Shown here: one piece after another, positions 40,952-50,164 of the stretch | Layout: each line of letters starts with the position of its first letter | How positions within the stretch are numbered: the first letter of the stretch is position 1 | NCBI GenBank assembly: GCA_016783145.1 | Contig: JADHXD010000003.1 | Span: 6,437-70,436 of the forward strand | Source of the DNA: Anaerolineae bacterium | Lineage (GTDB): Bacteria > Chloroflexota > Anaerolineae > JAFGEY01 | Direction: 5' to 3' | DNA: 64,000 nucleotides | Translations under genes and position numbers: made by a program | The notes under the pieces: model-generated | The model's database searches: none | Told to the model about the DNA's origin: nothing | The model's input: the letters and a program-made list of their open reading frames with translations, nothing else

Positions 40952-40980
40952 ATCATAGCAAAGGTTGTGCTACAAGTCAA
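40952..40980 (-). promoter_or_regulatory. Sigma70 promoter for the MFS gene, divergent from a + strand promoter at about 40986-41014
   Basis: Minus: TTGACT-17-TATGAT with TG extension; plus: TTTACT-17-TAAGAT. Confidence 0.55.
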
Positions 40981-41012
40981 ACGACTTTACTCTCGTGCCA
41001 AAGTGTGGTAAG

Positions 41013-41567
41013 ATGACTGAAACGTCGCAGGAGATGCCCCGCTTGCTGGCGGATTCGATGCTCGGCCGCTTGGCCCGGTGGCTTCGCTTCTTGGGATATG
41101 ATACACTTTATATCTCGATGCTCTCAGACCACCAGATCGCCGCACGAGCGCGCGCCGAAGGTCGCATCGTTCTCACCCGAGATCAGGAGCTGAGCCGCCG
41201 CAGGGGCATCCGCTGCCTGTACGTTCACGCTGATACCCTGGAGGAACAGGTGCGGGAGGTCTTGGCCGCCATCGGCGACCCACCGCCTGGAGTAGAGTCT
41301 CGCTGCTCAGAATGCAACTCGGTCCTGACGTCCGTTGCGCCGGAACAGGCTCGGCCGCATGTCCCAGCATACGTCCTGGCGGCTCATCGCCAGTTTCATC
41401 ACTGTCCCGAATGTGACAAGTATTTTTGGGCGGGCAGCCATTGGACGCGGATCCGCTCGACTGTCGAACGCGTGATGGAACACCGCGATGGCGGCGCTGC
41501 GCGCACTGTGCCTATGGACGGCCCGTCAGGTCCGAAGCCGTCGGGAAAAGGGGGGAGCCTTCCATAG
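41013..41567 (+). CDS. Mut7-C RNase domain protein (PIN fold plus Zn ribbon)
   Basis: LADSMLGRLARWLRFLGYDT, VLTRD, RCSECN, CPECDKYFWAGSHW; alternative start 41034. Confidence 0.9.
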   Translation: MTETSQEMPRLLADSMLGRLARWLRFLGYDTLYISMLSDHQIAARARAEGRIVLTRDQELSRRRGIRCLYVHADTLEEQVREVLAAIGDPPPGVESRCSECNSVLTSVAPEQARPHVPAYVLAAHRQFHHCPECDKYFWAGSHWTRIRSTVERVMEHRDGGAARTVPMDGPSGPKPSGKGGSLP

Positions 41568-41569
41568 CA

Positions 41570-43186
41570 GTGAAGCCACCAACCACACCTGCGAATCAGC
41601 GTACAGCGGCCCGGGCCTGGAAGCAAGACCCGGCGGACGGACAGAGGCGGGAGCGTCTCGAGCGAGACGTGATTCTCTTGCGCTGGGTGGTCTTGGCTGT
41701 GGCCACACTCTATCTCGTGCTCGGCAGAGCAGCCCGCATCCCGCTGTTGGGATGGATGGCCATCGCAAGCGGGATCGCAGCCAACGGACTTGCGGCGTTT
41801 TGGGTGCGACAGCGGCCCTTCTCGCCCTTTCAGAGCGTGGTCGGGCAGGTCGTGGATACGGTGGTCCTGGTGCTGTATACAGCCGCGCTGCGGGGTGGGA
41901 TCGCGCAGCACCTGCCACTATATACCACGATGCCGATCCTGGCCGCCATTCGGTTCGGTGTGTGGGGCGCTGCGGGCAGTGGGGCAGTGGGGCTGGGTCT
42001 GGCCCTGGGTGTCTTGTTGGCCGCGCCGCCCGCAGGCACGCCTGCGCCGGGCGAAAGTATGCCTGCACTGACAGTCACACTGGTCGCGCTCCTCGCTGAC
42101 GCGGCCTTGCTCGCTTACTGGGCAACCCTGATCCAGAGCCAATCCCTCGCGCACCAGCGCAGCGAGGAGCGCCTGACAAAGAGTATCTCTGAGCTCACCG
42201 TGCTGAACGAGGTAAGCAGCAGCGTTCACGATCTCCGATCGGAAGATGCGCTCCAGAACATCGTAGAGATCGTGACCAAGGTGATGGGCTATCAGAGGGC
42301 AGCGTTGTTCCTGGCCGATGGTATGGGAGAGATGATCCCGCACCACTACCACAGCTATCGGCCCCCGGTACAGGGGGCCAGGTCGGCATCCATCCATATG
42401 GATCCCGCGCTCTTTGATGAACTCTTGGGAAAGCAATCTCCGATCGTCATCGATGGCTCGCAGGGGTCATCGGATATGGCGCTCGGCGCCGCGCTGCAGA
42501 TCGCCGTTCCTCTGCACGGCGACCGGTCGGCCATCGGTGTGCTGATCGCAGACTGCTGCAACCGGCAATCGGCTTCACGATCCGATATGGTGATGCTGTC
42601 CAATCTGGCCCGATCTGCGGTGGTGGCCATCGAGAACGCCAGCCTCCACCGCCAGGTTCGACGAATGGCGAACCACGACGGCGTGACCGATCTGTATAAT
42701 CATCGCTACTTCCAGGAGCGCTTGCGGGAGATGCTGCAATCTGCTGATGGGCAGCGCCCTGTTTCGCTGATGATGGTCGAGATCGACCAATTCAAGAGAT
42801 ACAACGACACGTTCGGCCACCGCCAGGGGGATATGGCTCTGTTCAGTTTGTCTCGCGCGCTCGAGCAGAGCACCAAAGCCAGGGATGGCTTGGTCGCCCG
42901 ATACGGTGGCGACGAGTTCGTCGTCATCCTGCCGCAGGTGGGCCAAACAGAAGCGATCCACGTCGCACGCGAGGTGCGGGATCAGACGTATCGGCTTGTG
43001 GCTGAATCCCTTGCCCAGAAGAACCTGCCCTCTATCACGTTGAGCATTGGGGTGGCTACATACCCGGAGGACGCGCTGAGTGCTGGCGATCTGATCGAAG
43101 CGGCGGATCAGGCGATGTATGTGGTCAAGCACAGCGGCGGGGATCGCGTACACGCGTATTCAAGGTCTGGAACAACACGAACCTGA
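41570..43186 (+). CDS. Membrane GAF-GGDEF diguanylate cyclase
   Basis: N-terminal TM helices, GAF, DGVTDLYN, FKRYNDTFGH, RYGGDEF, ADQAMY. Confidence 0.88.
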   Translation: MKPPTTPANQRTAARAWKQDPADGQRRERLERDVILLRWVVLAVATLYLVLGRAARIPLLGWMAIASGIAANGLAAFWVRQRPFSPFQSVVGQVVDTVVLVLYTAALRGGIAQHLPLYTTMPILAAIRFGVWGAAGSGAVGLGLALGVLLAAPPAGTPAPGESMPALTVTLVALLADAALLAYWATLIQSQSLAHQRSEERLTKSISELTVLNEVSSSVHDLRSEDALQNIVEIVTKVMGYQRAALFLADGMGEMIPHHYHSYRPPVQGARSASIHMDPALFDELLGKQSPIVIDGSQGSSDMALGAALQIAVPLHGDRSAIGVLIADCCNRQSASRSDMVMLSNLARSAVVAIENASLHRQVRRMANHDGVTDLYNHRYFQERLREMLQSADGQRPVSLMMVEIDQFKRYNDTFGHRQGDMALFSLSRALEQSTKARDGLVARYGGDEFVVILPQVGQTEAIHVAREVRDQTYRLVAESLAQKNLPSITLSIGVATYPEDALSAGDLIEAADQAMYVVKHSGGDRVHAYSRSGTTRT

Positions 43187-43196
43187 GGAGGTCAAG

Positions 43197-43541
43197 CTGG
43201 GAACACTAGATTTGGCACGGACGATCGTGGACATGCTTGAGGAGCGCCTTGGGGTGGATATCCTGCTGCTGGATGTCAGCGAGGTGACCATCCTGGCGGA
43301 CTATTTCATCCTGTGCTCTGCCACCAGCGAGCGACAGCTCAAGGCTCTTGCCGGTGACCTGTCCAGGCAACTGAAAGCAGAGACGGGCCGTCCGCTGAGC
43401 ATTGAGGGGGAGCCGCAGTCAGGTTGGATCTTGATCGACTATGGCAGTGTGGTCGTTCATCTCTTCTTGCCAGAGATGCGCAGGTTCTACGCCCTGGAAG
43501 ATCTGTGGAAACGGGCACAGACGATCGTCCGCATTCAGTGA
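43197..43541 (+). CDS. rsfS: Ribosome silencing factor RsfS (Iojap)
   Basis: ADYFILCSATSERQ, WILIDYGSVVVHLF, FYALEDLW; GAGGAGG precedes CTG 43197 (alternative TTG 43212). Confidence 0.93.
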   Translation: MGTLDLARTIVDMLEERLGVDILLLDVSEVTILADYFILCSATSERQLKALAGDLSRQLKAETGRPLSIEGEPQSGWILIDYGSVVVHLFLPEMRRFYALEDLWKRAQTIVRIQ

Positions 43542-43602
43542 GCGTCTGCTAGCCCAACAGCACGGCGATCGTACGAGCACCGGATGGGTAGGAGTGTGAG
43601 CA

Positions 43603-44358
43603 TTGAGCAAATGGGTCGTTTTGGGCATCCTCGTCGCGGCATTGGCGGCTTGCACGGCGCAGCCGGGGCCAGCGCCAACGGTTCGTCTCGAGTCGCCAGA
43701 AGATGGTGTGCACGTCGTCTTGGGCGAGCGCGTGTTGGTTCAGTCTGTTGCGCAGGGAGAACAGGGCGTCGTCAAGACAGAACTGTGGGCGGACGGGAGG
43801 CTATACGAAGTTGAGCATTCTGGGGAGCCGGAAGGCCAGCCGCTGTTGGATGCGATCCATATCTGGGAGGCCTCGTCGATCGGCACGCACACGCTGTACC
43901 TCAGGGCGCACAGTTCGGATGGGCAGGTCTCCGAGCCGATCAGCGTGACCGTCTACGTCGTGGAACCCGAGCCCACACCGACGAGTGAACCCACCTCTGT
44001 GCCCACCGCGATCGTCGACAGCTCGTGCGATCCGTCAGCACGGTTTGTGGAAGACGTCACCGTGCCAGATGATTCGCTGTTCAACAGCGGGGTCAGATTC
44101 ACCAAGACGTGGCGCCTCCGGAATGATGGCGAGTGCGCGTGGGAGCCGGGCACAAAGTGGGTGTTCATCGGCGGAGACCAGTTGGATGCCCAGTCCCCCG
44201 CAGACGCAGAACTGGCCGAGCCCGGCCGGATCGTAGATCTGAGCATGGACATGGTTGCCCCCGGCGCACCCGGGACGTACAAGAGCTACTGGCGTCTCCA
44301 ACGCCCCAATGGCGACTTTTTCGGGGATCAGGCGTACGTGCGGATCATTGTCCCCTGA
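43603..44358 (+). CDS. Lipoprotein with Ig-like and NBR1-type Ig-like (FW) domains
   Basis: Lipobox LAAC; FVEDVTVPD...FTKTWRLRNDGECAW...APGAPGTYKSYWRL. Confidence 0.85.
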   Translation: MSKWVVLGILVAALAACTAQPGPAPTVRLESPEDGVHVVLGERVLVQSVAQGEQGVVKTELWADGRLYEVEHSGEPEGQPLLDAIHIWEASSIGTHTLYLRAHSSDGQVSEPISVTVYVVEPEPTPTSEPTSVPTAIVDSSCDPSARFVEDVTVPDDSLFNSGVRFTKTWRLRNDGECAWEPGTKWVFIGGDQLDAQSPADAELAEPGRIVDLSMDMVAPGAPGTYKSYWRLQRPNGDFFGDQAYVRIIVP

Positions 44359-44615
44359 TCGGCGCGGAAAAGCACGTCGCCACACAGGGACATCTTTCGC
44401 CCCTTCCTGCCCCGGACAGCAAGGTGTGCGGACTCTGCTCCTGGACGCTCTCCTGTCAAGCCCTCCGATCTGCTATCAGCCGCTCGGGCATCGTGCGCGC
44501 AGACAAGCGACATCCCCTCCGCAGTTGCACGCCTGTAATTCAATCGTAATGTTTCCCAAAGCATTCTATGGTATGATAGGATCGTATCCCCACAAGTGAA
44601 GCGTCCTGGATACGG

Positions 44616-44644
44616 TTGACTTGCACGAGAAGACAGGGTATAAT
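44616..44644 (+). promoter_or_regulatory. Sigma70 promoter of the signalling cluster
   Basis: TTGACT-17 nt-TATAAT. Confidence 0.75.
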
Positions 44645-44713
44645 GAATACGTGCGTCTTTTCGGATCGAACGGGATGGGCTGGACCGTTCCCGGACAGAA
44701 GAGCGAGAGCAAA

Positions 44714-45547
44714 ATGGCGCTGAAGGGTAATCTTCAGGACTTTGGTACGACACAGCTCCTGAACTTGGTCCACATGGCACGAAAAACAGGATCTCTACAG
44801 CTCAGCAAGACCTCCGACGTCGCAGAGCTCTATTTTCGTGAGGGAAGGTTGATCCACACCCTGATGACTGGGAGCGATGGTCTGCTCACCAGCATGTTGG
44901 TCCGGAGCGGCAAGCTGTCGTCAGAGCAGGCCAGAGCGATTCAGATGCGGGCCAAAGAGCAAGACGACAAGCGACTGGCCTTGATCTTGATCCAGAATGG
45001 ATATATCTCCAAGACGGATGTCGTACAAAGTGTGACGCGATATATGCTGGACACGGTGTATCGACTCTTTACGTGGACAGAGGGACAGTTCTACTTTGAG
45101 CCCAACAAGCAGCCCGAGCACACTCGCATCACCGTCCCGATCGAGCTGGGCAATGTCATTATGGAGGGCAGTCGCCGCATCCAAGAGCTGGAGCGGCTGC
45201 AGGACGAACTGCCAGATCTGAACATGGCGCTCAAGTTCACGGATCGACCTGATGCGAAACTGAGGAACATCAGCCTGAGCCCGGTCGAGTGGAAGGTTGT
45301 CTCTTACGTCAAACCGACGAACACGATCCGCCAGATTGCCCAGGCCAACAAGATGACCGATTTCCAGATCCGCAAGACGGTCTACGGGATGCTGCAGGCA
45401 GGGCTCGTTGAGCTCATCAGGCCGCCGGATGGGGCCAGACCCAGTGGCAGACCATCTGCCAGCTCGGCTCGGCGATCAGGAGCCACAGCGCCGTCCGTGA
45501 AGCGCGGTGTGATTCACCGGTTGATCGACCGCATCAAGAGACTGTAG
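44714..45547 (+). CDS. DUF4388 (PATAN-like) domain protein with C-terminal HTH
   Basis: MALKGNLQDF..QLLNLV...KTGSL; LFTWTEGQFYF; MEGSRRIQE. Confidence 0.85.
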   Translation: MALKGNLQDFGTTQLLNLVHMARKTGSLQLSKTSDVAELYFREGRLIHTLMTGSDGLLTSMLVRSGKLSSEQARAIQMRAKEQDDKRLALILIQNGYISKTDVVQSVTRYMLDTVYRLFTWTEGQFYFEPNKQPEHTRITVPIELGNVIMEGSRRIQELERLQDELPDLNMALKFTDRPDAKLRNISLSPVEWKVVSYVKPTNTIRQIAQANKMTDFQIRKTVYGMLQAGLVELIRPPDGARPSGRPSASSARRSGATAPSVKRGVIHRLIDRIKRL

Positions 45548-45561
45548 AACTGGGGGCCAGG

Positions 45562-46110
45562 ATGCAGACGGTCAAGATGGTCGTCACAGGACCATTCAAC
45601 GCAGGCAAGACGCAGTTCATCCGCTCGATCAGCGAGATAGATGTCGTCTCGACCGAACGCAGGATTACGAGCACACCCGAAAAGGTCAAGGATGAGACCA
45701 CGGTTGCTATGGACTTTGGGCGCATCACGGTGGACGAAGACCTGATCCTCTACCTCTTTGGGACGCCGGGCCAGAAACGATTTGATTTCATGTGGGAGAT
45801 CCTGTCGGAGGGCATGCTGGGTTTCATCGTGCTCATCGACAGCGCACGCCCGGAGACATTTCGGGAAGCGCGACGAATCCTCGAGATATTCCGCGGGTAT
45901 GCGCCCACCCCGTATGTCGTCGCGGCAAACAAGCAGGACTCGCCTGACGCGTGGTCAGCAGAAGACCTGCGCATCGCACTCAAAATCGCGGAGGATGTAA
46001 AGGTCTTGCCTTGCGTGGCCACGGACAAGGAGTCCGTGAAGAACATCCTGCTGGAACTGCTGTACTCGATCCTGGAGGTCATGGGAGAGGAAGAACTCGA
46101 AGGCGTCTGA
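45562..46110 (+). CDS. MglA/CvnD-like small GTPase
   Basis: G1 GPFNAGKT, TTVAMDFG, G3 GTPGQKRF, G4 NKQD. Confidence 0.9.
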   Translation: MQTVKMVVTGPFNAGKTQFIRSISEIDVVSTERRITSTPEKVKDETTVAMDFGRITVDEDLILYLFGTPGQKRFDFMWEILSEGMLGFIVLIDSARPETFREARRILEIFRGYAPTPYVVAANKQDSPDAWSAEDLRIALKIAEDVKVLPCVATDKESVKNILLELLYSILEVMGEEELEGV

Positions 46111-46198
46111 GAGCGGCCCTTCTCGTGACTGAGCGACCACCGGTCTGGAACTGATCTGCTCCCTCCGATGTCAAGCAGCAAAGCCTTGGAGGCTTGTA

Positions 46199-46993
46199 TT
46201 GAGCTCCATCGTCACCACCGAGGGAATCGTCCATTATGAGATGGACGGGCGAGGAGCGCCCGTTCTGTTGCTGCACGGATGGATTAGCTCGTGGGCCGTA
46301 TGGCGCGAGACGATGATCCATATCGCTGAACAGCAGCGCTTCAGAGTCTACGCCCTCGACTTTTGGGGGTTTGGCGAATCGGCCAAGGAAAAGACGCCGC
46401 CATTCAAGATCAGCTCCTATGTCTCTATGGTTGAGCAGTTCATGGAGATCATGGGCATTCAGAGCGCTCCGGTTATCGGGCACTCAATGGGAGGCACCGT
46501 CTCTCTGTGCCTCACCCTCGCGCACCCAACGCGTGTGCGCAAAGTGGCCGTGGTGGGCTCGCCCATCGTGGGGAGCTCGCTCAACGTCCTGCTGAAACTC
46601 GGTTCAGTGCGCTGGATTGCCAACGCACTGTTCAGGATCCCTGCCGCACTCCGTCTCGTCATCTGGTACATTCTGGCTGGCGACTCGAGGACAGTGCAGA
46701 GGATGATCTTTCGAGACGTGTCTCGGGTGAGTGTGGAGTCTTTCTTTCGAAGTATTGGCGACCTGTGGCGCACAGACCTGCGCCAGGGACTCGAACAGAT
46801 CAGCGTGCCCACGCTGGGCATCTTTGGCGAGCACGACAACATCGTCCATCCCAACCAATCCAGAGACCTCGCCACAGGAGTGCCTCACGCCCGCATCCAG
46901 ATGATGCCAGGTTCGCGCCACTTTCCTATGCTCGACGAGCCCGAGCTGTTTCGCAAGGCCCTGCTTGACTTTTTGATGGATCAAGATGGATAA
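46199..46993 (+). CDS. Alpha/beta hydrolase with intact catalytic triad
   Basis: LLHGW, GFGES, nucleophile elbow GHSMGG, GEHD, RHFPM. Confidence 0.9.
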   Translation: MSSIVTTEGIVHYEMDGRGAPVLLLHGWISSWAVWRETMIHIAEQQRFRVYALDFWGFGESAKEKTPPFKISSYVSMVEQFMEIMGIQSAPVIGHSMGGTVSLCLTLAHPTRVRKVAVVGSPIVGSSLNVLLKLGSVRWIANALFRIPAALRLVIWYILAGDSRTVQRMIFRDVSRVSVESFFRSIGDLWRTDLRQGLEQISVPTLGIFGEHDNIVHPNQSRDLATGVPHARIQMMPGSRHFPMLDEPELFRKALLDFLMDQDG

Positions 46994-47729
46994 TCGAACA
47001 TTAGGTCAGAGCATACGCTCTCGCGGGAGCGCAGATGTGACTGAAAGCCACAGAGAATGGACGGCGGGCCACGACAACGGGACGGGCTACCACTGGCCCA
47101 ACAAGATGGGGCGGATGCTGCTCCTGGCCTTGGAGGATGTGCTGGGCACAAACGGCGTCAATGCCGTGCTCAACCTGGCCAAGCTTCGCCACCGCGTGAA
47201 CAACTACCCGATCAACAACCTGGAGCTTCAGTTCGACTTTGGGGAACTGAGCAAGATCATGCAGGCCCTTGAAGACGTGTATGGCCCACGCAGCGGGCGC
47301 AGCCTGGCAATCCGGGCCGGGCGGGCGGGTTTCAAGTATGGGTTGAGGGATTTCGGCTCTCTGCTCGGCCTGGCTGACCTGGCCTTCCGGCTGCTCCCCC
47401 TGAGCATGAAGCTCCGGGTTGGGTTGAACGCCATGGGAGATACCTTTAACAACTTCACGGACCAGCGTGTCCGTGTGGAAGAAAAGGTCGGTCACTTTGT
47501 TTACTCGATCGACCGCTGTCCGGTATGCTGGAGTCGGCGTTCGGACAGACCGTGCTGCTATGCGGCTACGGGCTTGCTGCAAGAGATGTTGACCTGGATC
47601 AGCAACGGAAAGGGCTTTGACATTCAAGAGGTCGCCTGTATTGCCACCGGAGACTCGGCTTGTACCTTTGTCATCGACAAACGCCCTCTCGGCCAGGGAC
47701 CTACCGAGGGTCTGCGCGATGGGATCTGA
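46986..47729 (+). CDS. V4R domain protein
   Basis: GRAGF, CPVCW, PCCY, EVACIATGDSACTF; alternative start 47037. Confidence 0.85.
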   Translation: MDNRTLGQSIRSRGSADVTESHREWTAGHDNGTGYHWPNKMGRMLLLALEDVLGTNGVNAVLNLAKLRHRVNNYPINNLELQFDFGELSKIMQALEDVYGPRSGRSLAIRAGRAGFKYGLRDFGSLLGLADLAFRLLPLSMKLRVGLNAMGDTFNNFTDQRVRVEEKVGHFVYSIDRCPVCWSRRSDRPCCYAATGLLQEMLTWISNGKGFDIQEVACIATGDSACTFVIDKRPLGQGPTEGLRDGI

Positions 47730-47763
47730 GGGGGGGTAAACACGTTCTGACTGGAACGAAGAG

Positions 47764-49020
47764 ATGAAACGGGTTGTCATCCTGGACAATCGACATATCT
47801 ACCCGTTCAATGAGCCGGCACGAGAACTGCGGATCATGAACAAGCCTCTCAAGGTGCACCAGAGAGATATGCTGGTGGATTGCTGTGACTCGGTCATCGA
47901 GTGCGAGCGATTTGACCAAATCCCTCGTGCAGATGAGTCGGAAATGGTAGTCTATCAGGACAATCTGTTCTTTGACCAACCGTTTATCGATTCCTTCATC
48001 GGCGAGGCCCGAAAGCGCGACAGGGCCTGCCAGGTCGCGTTTTCCCACGATGACCTGGCGATCACCAAGCACGCGCTCTACCTCCAAGACGACATCCGCC
48101 TCAAAGGCGACGTTTACGTCGGAAACCTGTGGTACTTTCCCCGAGGTGTTCGAGATGATCCTGAGCCCCTGGTCATAGACACCCAGGCCTGCGAGATTGG
48201 GTACTACCACATACCCACCTACATGGCTCACGAAATGGGAGAGATGGTCTACTCTGTCCCGCTGCGTGCCTTTCTCTCCATCGAACACTGGTTTCACGTC
48301 TTCCTGGCCAACACGCCCTTTGGCATTTTCGCTGATGGTGCCCGCATGGAAGCCGATGCGAAACGGGTCACAGCGCGCCTGCGGCTGCTGCTGCAGGGAA
48401 TGTGGGAGCGCAAGCAGGCGCTTTCCACATCCAAGCTGGTGGTCGTGGGCAAGAACACCAAGATCATGCCTACTGCACAGATACTCGGACCGACGTTCAT
48501 CGGCGACAACTGCTACATAGGTCCAGGCGTGGTCATCCAGAACAGCATCATCGGCAACAATGTCAACTTGATGCAGGGCGCCCATGTCATGCTGAGCGTG
48601 GTCAGCGACAACTGCTATCTGCCCTTCCGAGCCGCGATCATGATGAGCACGCTTATGGAACGGTGTATTGTGGCACAGAATGCTTGCCTGCAGATGTGTG
48701 TGATCGGGAGGGGAACGTTCATCGGGTCAGGAACAACCTTCACGGATTTCAACCTGATCCCCAAGCCTGTTCGCACCTTGCGAGGTGACAAGCTTCAGCC
48801 CACGGGGTCAACCGTAGTCGGTGGCTGTGTGGGACACAACTGTCGCATTGGTGCGGGGCTGGTCTTCTACCCCGCGCGGATCGTCGAGTCCGACACCGTG
48901 CTGTTGCGCTCTGACCAGCGAGCGGTGATTGACAAGAATGTGACCTATCAGCAGAGCGATCACCACGTGTTAAGAGATGGCAACCTGCACAAGCCATTGT
49001 ATCGCCTTGACCGGGCCTAG
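47764..49020 (+). CDS. GlmU-like protein with left-handed beta-helix (hexapeptide) repeats
   Basis: ILGPTFIGDNCYIGPGVVIQNSIIGNN; VGHNCRIGAG; no GxGTR nucleotidyltransferase motif. Confidence 0.8.
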   Translation: MKRVVILDNRHIYPFNEPARELRIMNKPLKVHQRDMLVDCCDSVIECERFDQIPRADESEMVVYQDNLFFDQPFIDSFIGEARKRDRACQVAFSHDDLAITKHALYLQDDIRLKGDVYVGNLWYFPRGVRDDPEPLVIDTQACEIGYYHIPTYMAHEMGEMVYSVPLRAFLSIEHWFHVFLANTPFGIFADGARMEADAKRVTARLRLLLQGMWERKQALSTSKLVVVGKNTKIMPTAQILGPTFIGDNCYIGPGVVIQNSIIGNNVNLMQGAHVMLSVVSDNCYLPFRAAIMMSTLMERCIVAQNACLQMCVIGRGTFIGSGTTFTDFNLIPKPVRTLRGDKLQPTGSTVVGGCVGHNCRIGAGLVFYPARIVESDTVLLRSDQRAVIDKNVTYQQSDHHVLRDGNLHKPLYRLDRA

Positions 49021-49111
49021 CCTGCCTTGATCGAGATGTGTGGGTCTCGGTCGGAACACAGATATGGGCTACCTTTCTCGACTCTTTTTCACCGCTGCAC
49101 GCCTCTAGTTG

Positions 49112-49179
49112 AGGTGCCAGGCACTTGGGTAATCGACAGGGAAAGATGATCATCATCATCTGGCAAGTGCCTGGCACCT
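49112..49179. repeat. Second copy of the AGGTGCCAGGCACTT palindromic repeat, with a 36-nt loop
   Basis: AGGTGCCAGGCACTTG (49112-27) ... CAAGTGCCTGGCACCT (49164-79). Confidence 0.8.
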
Positions 49180-49242
49180 TCAGTGCTGAGATTGGTTTTG
49201 GCCTGCTCGCTATGCCTTCCCAGATGATCGGAGGAGACCATC

Positions 49243-50136
49243 ATGAGTAAGGGGAGAATACTCGTTGTAGAGGACGATTTCGACATCTCTAACTTGTTGC
49301 GCATCTACTTTGACTCACAGGGGTACGAGGTAAGCGTAGCTCCGAAAGGCAAGGATGCGCTAGAGATGTGTCGCCGCAGTTTGCCCAACGTGATCGTACT
49401 GGACATTCAGCTTCCAGACATCGATGGGTACCAGGTCTGTCGCCAACTGCGTGGGAATCTGCGTACCAGTCACATACCCATCCTCTTTTTGACACAGCGC
49501 GACGAACGCAGCGACAAGATCGCGGGCTTGCAGCTTGGGGCAGATGACTATATCACCAAGCCGTTTGACATCGAAGAGTTGAAACTGCGCATTCAGAACG
49601 CCATCAGCCGCGCACAGTGGGAAAACCTGACCAGTCCGACCACCGGTCTGCCCAGCGGCAAACTCATCGAAGAGCAGCTACGGCTGCTTATGCGGCGTAA
49701 GGCCTGGGTCGTCCTCTACATCGGCATCAACCACATCAATGGCTTCAACGAGGCCTACGGCTTTGTTGCCGGAGACGATGTCTTTCGCTTTGCGACGATG
49801 GTCTTGACAGACGGTGTGGATGAGCATGGAACAAACAGTGACTTTGTCGGCCATGTGGGGGGTGCAGACTTTATCGTGATCTCGGATCAGGAGCACGCTG
49901 GGGCGATCGAGGAATACATCACCAAACGGTTCAAGAACGAAGTGGGTACTTTTTACTCCTTCCGCGACCGAGAACGCGGATACATCCTGCTGGATAATAG
50001 AGCAGGAGGCCAGAGGCAAGTGCCGTTGATGTCGCTGGCCATCGGCGTTGTGAACGCAAAGACGGCTCACTTTGCCGACATCCGCGAGATCACCGAGGTC
50101 GCAGCCGCAGAGCGGCGCAAAGTGATCGACGGGTAA
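49243..50136 (+). CDS. Response regulator with degenerate GGDEF domain
   Basis: VVEDD, LDIQLP, KPF; SPTTGLP, FNEAYG, HVGGADF. Confidence 0.88.
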   Translation: MSKGRILVVEDDFDISNLLRIYFDSQGYEVSVAPKGKDALEMCRRSLPNVIVLDIQLPDIDGYQVCRQLRGNLRTSHIPILFLTQRDERSDKIAGLQLGADDYITKPFDIEELKLRIQNAISRAQWENLTSPTTGLPSGKLIEEQLRLLMRRKAWVVLYIGINHINGFNEAYGFVAGDDVFRFATMVLTDGVDEHGTNSDFVGHVGGADFIVISDQEHAGAIEEYITKRFKNEVGTFYSFRDRERGYILLDNRAGGQRQVPLMSLAIGVVNAKTAHFADIREITEVAAAERRKVIDG

Positions 50137-50164
50137 TCCGACCTCGATCCAAGAGGCAGCTCGA

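Noticed and set aside
41013-41567. Mut7-C PIN protein as a toxin-antitoxin toxin
   Set aside because: No adjacent antitoxin-like gene; it heads an ordinary-looking operon with a DGC and rsfS
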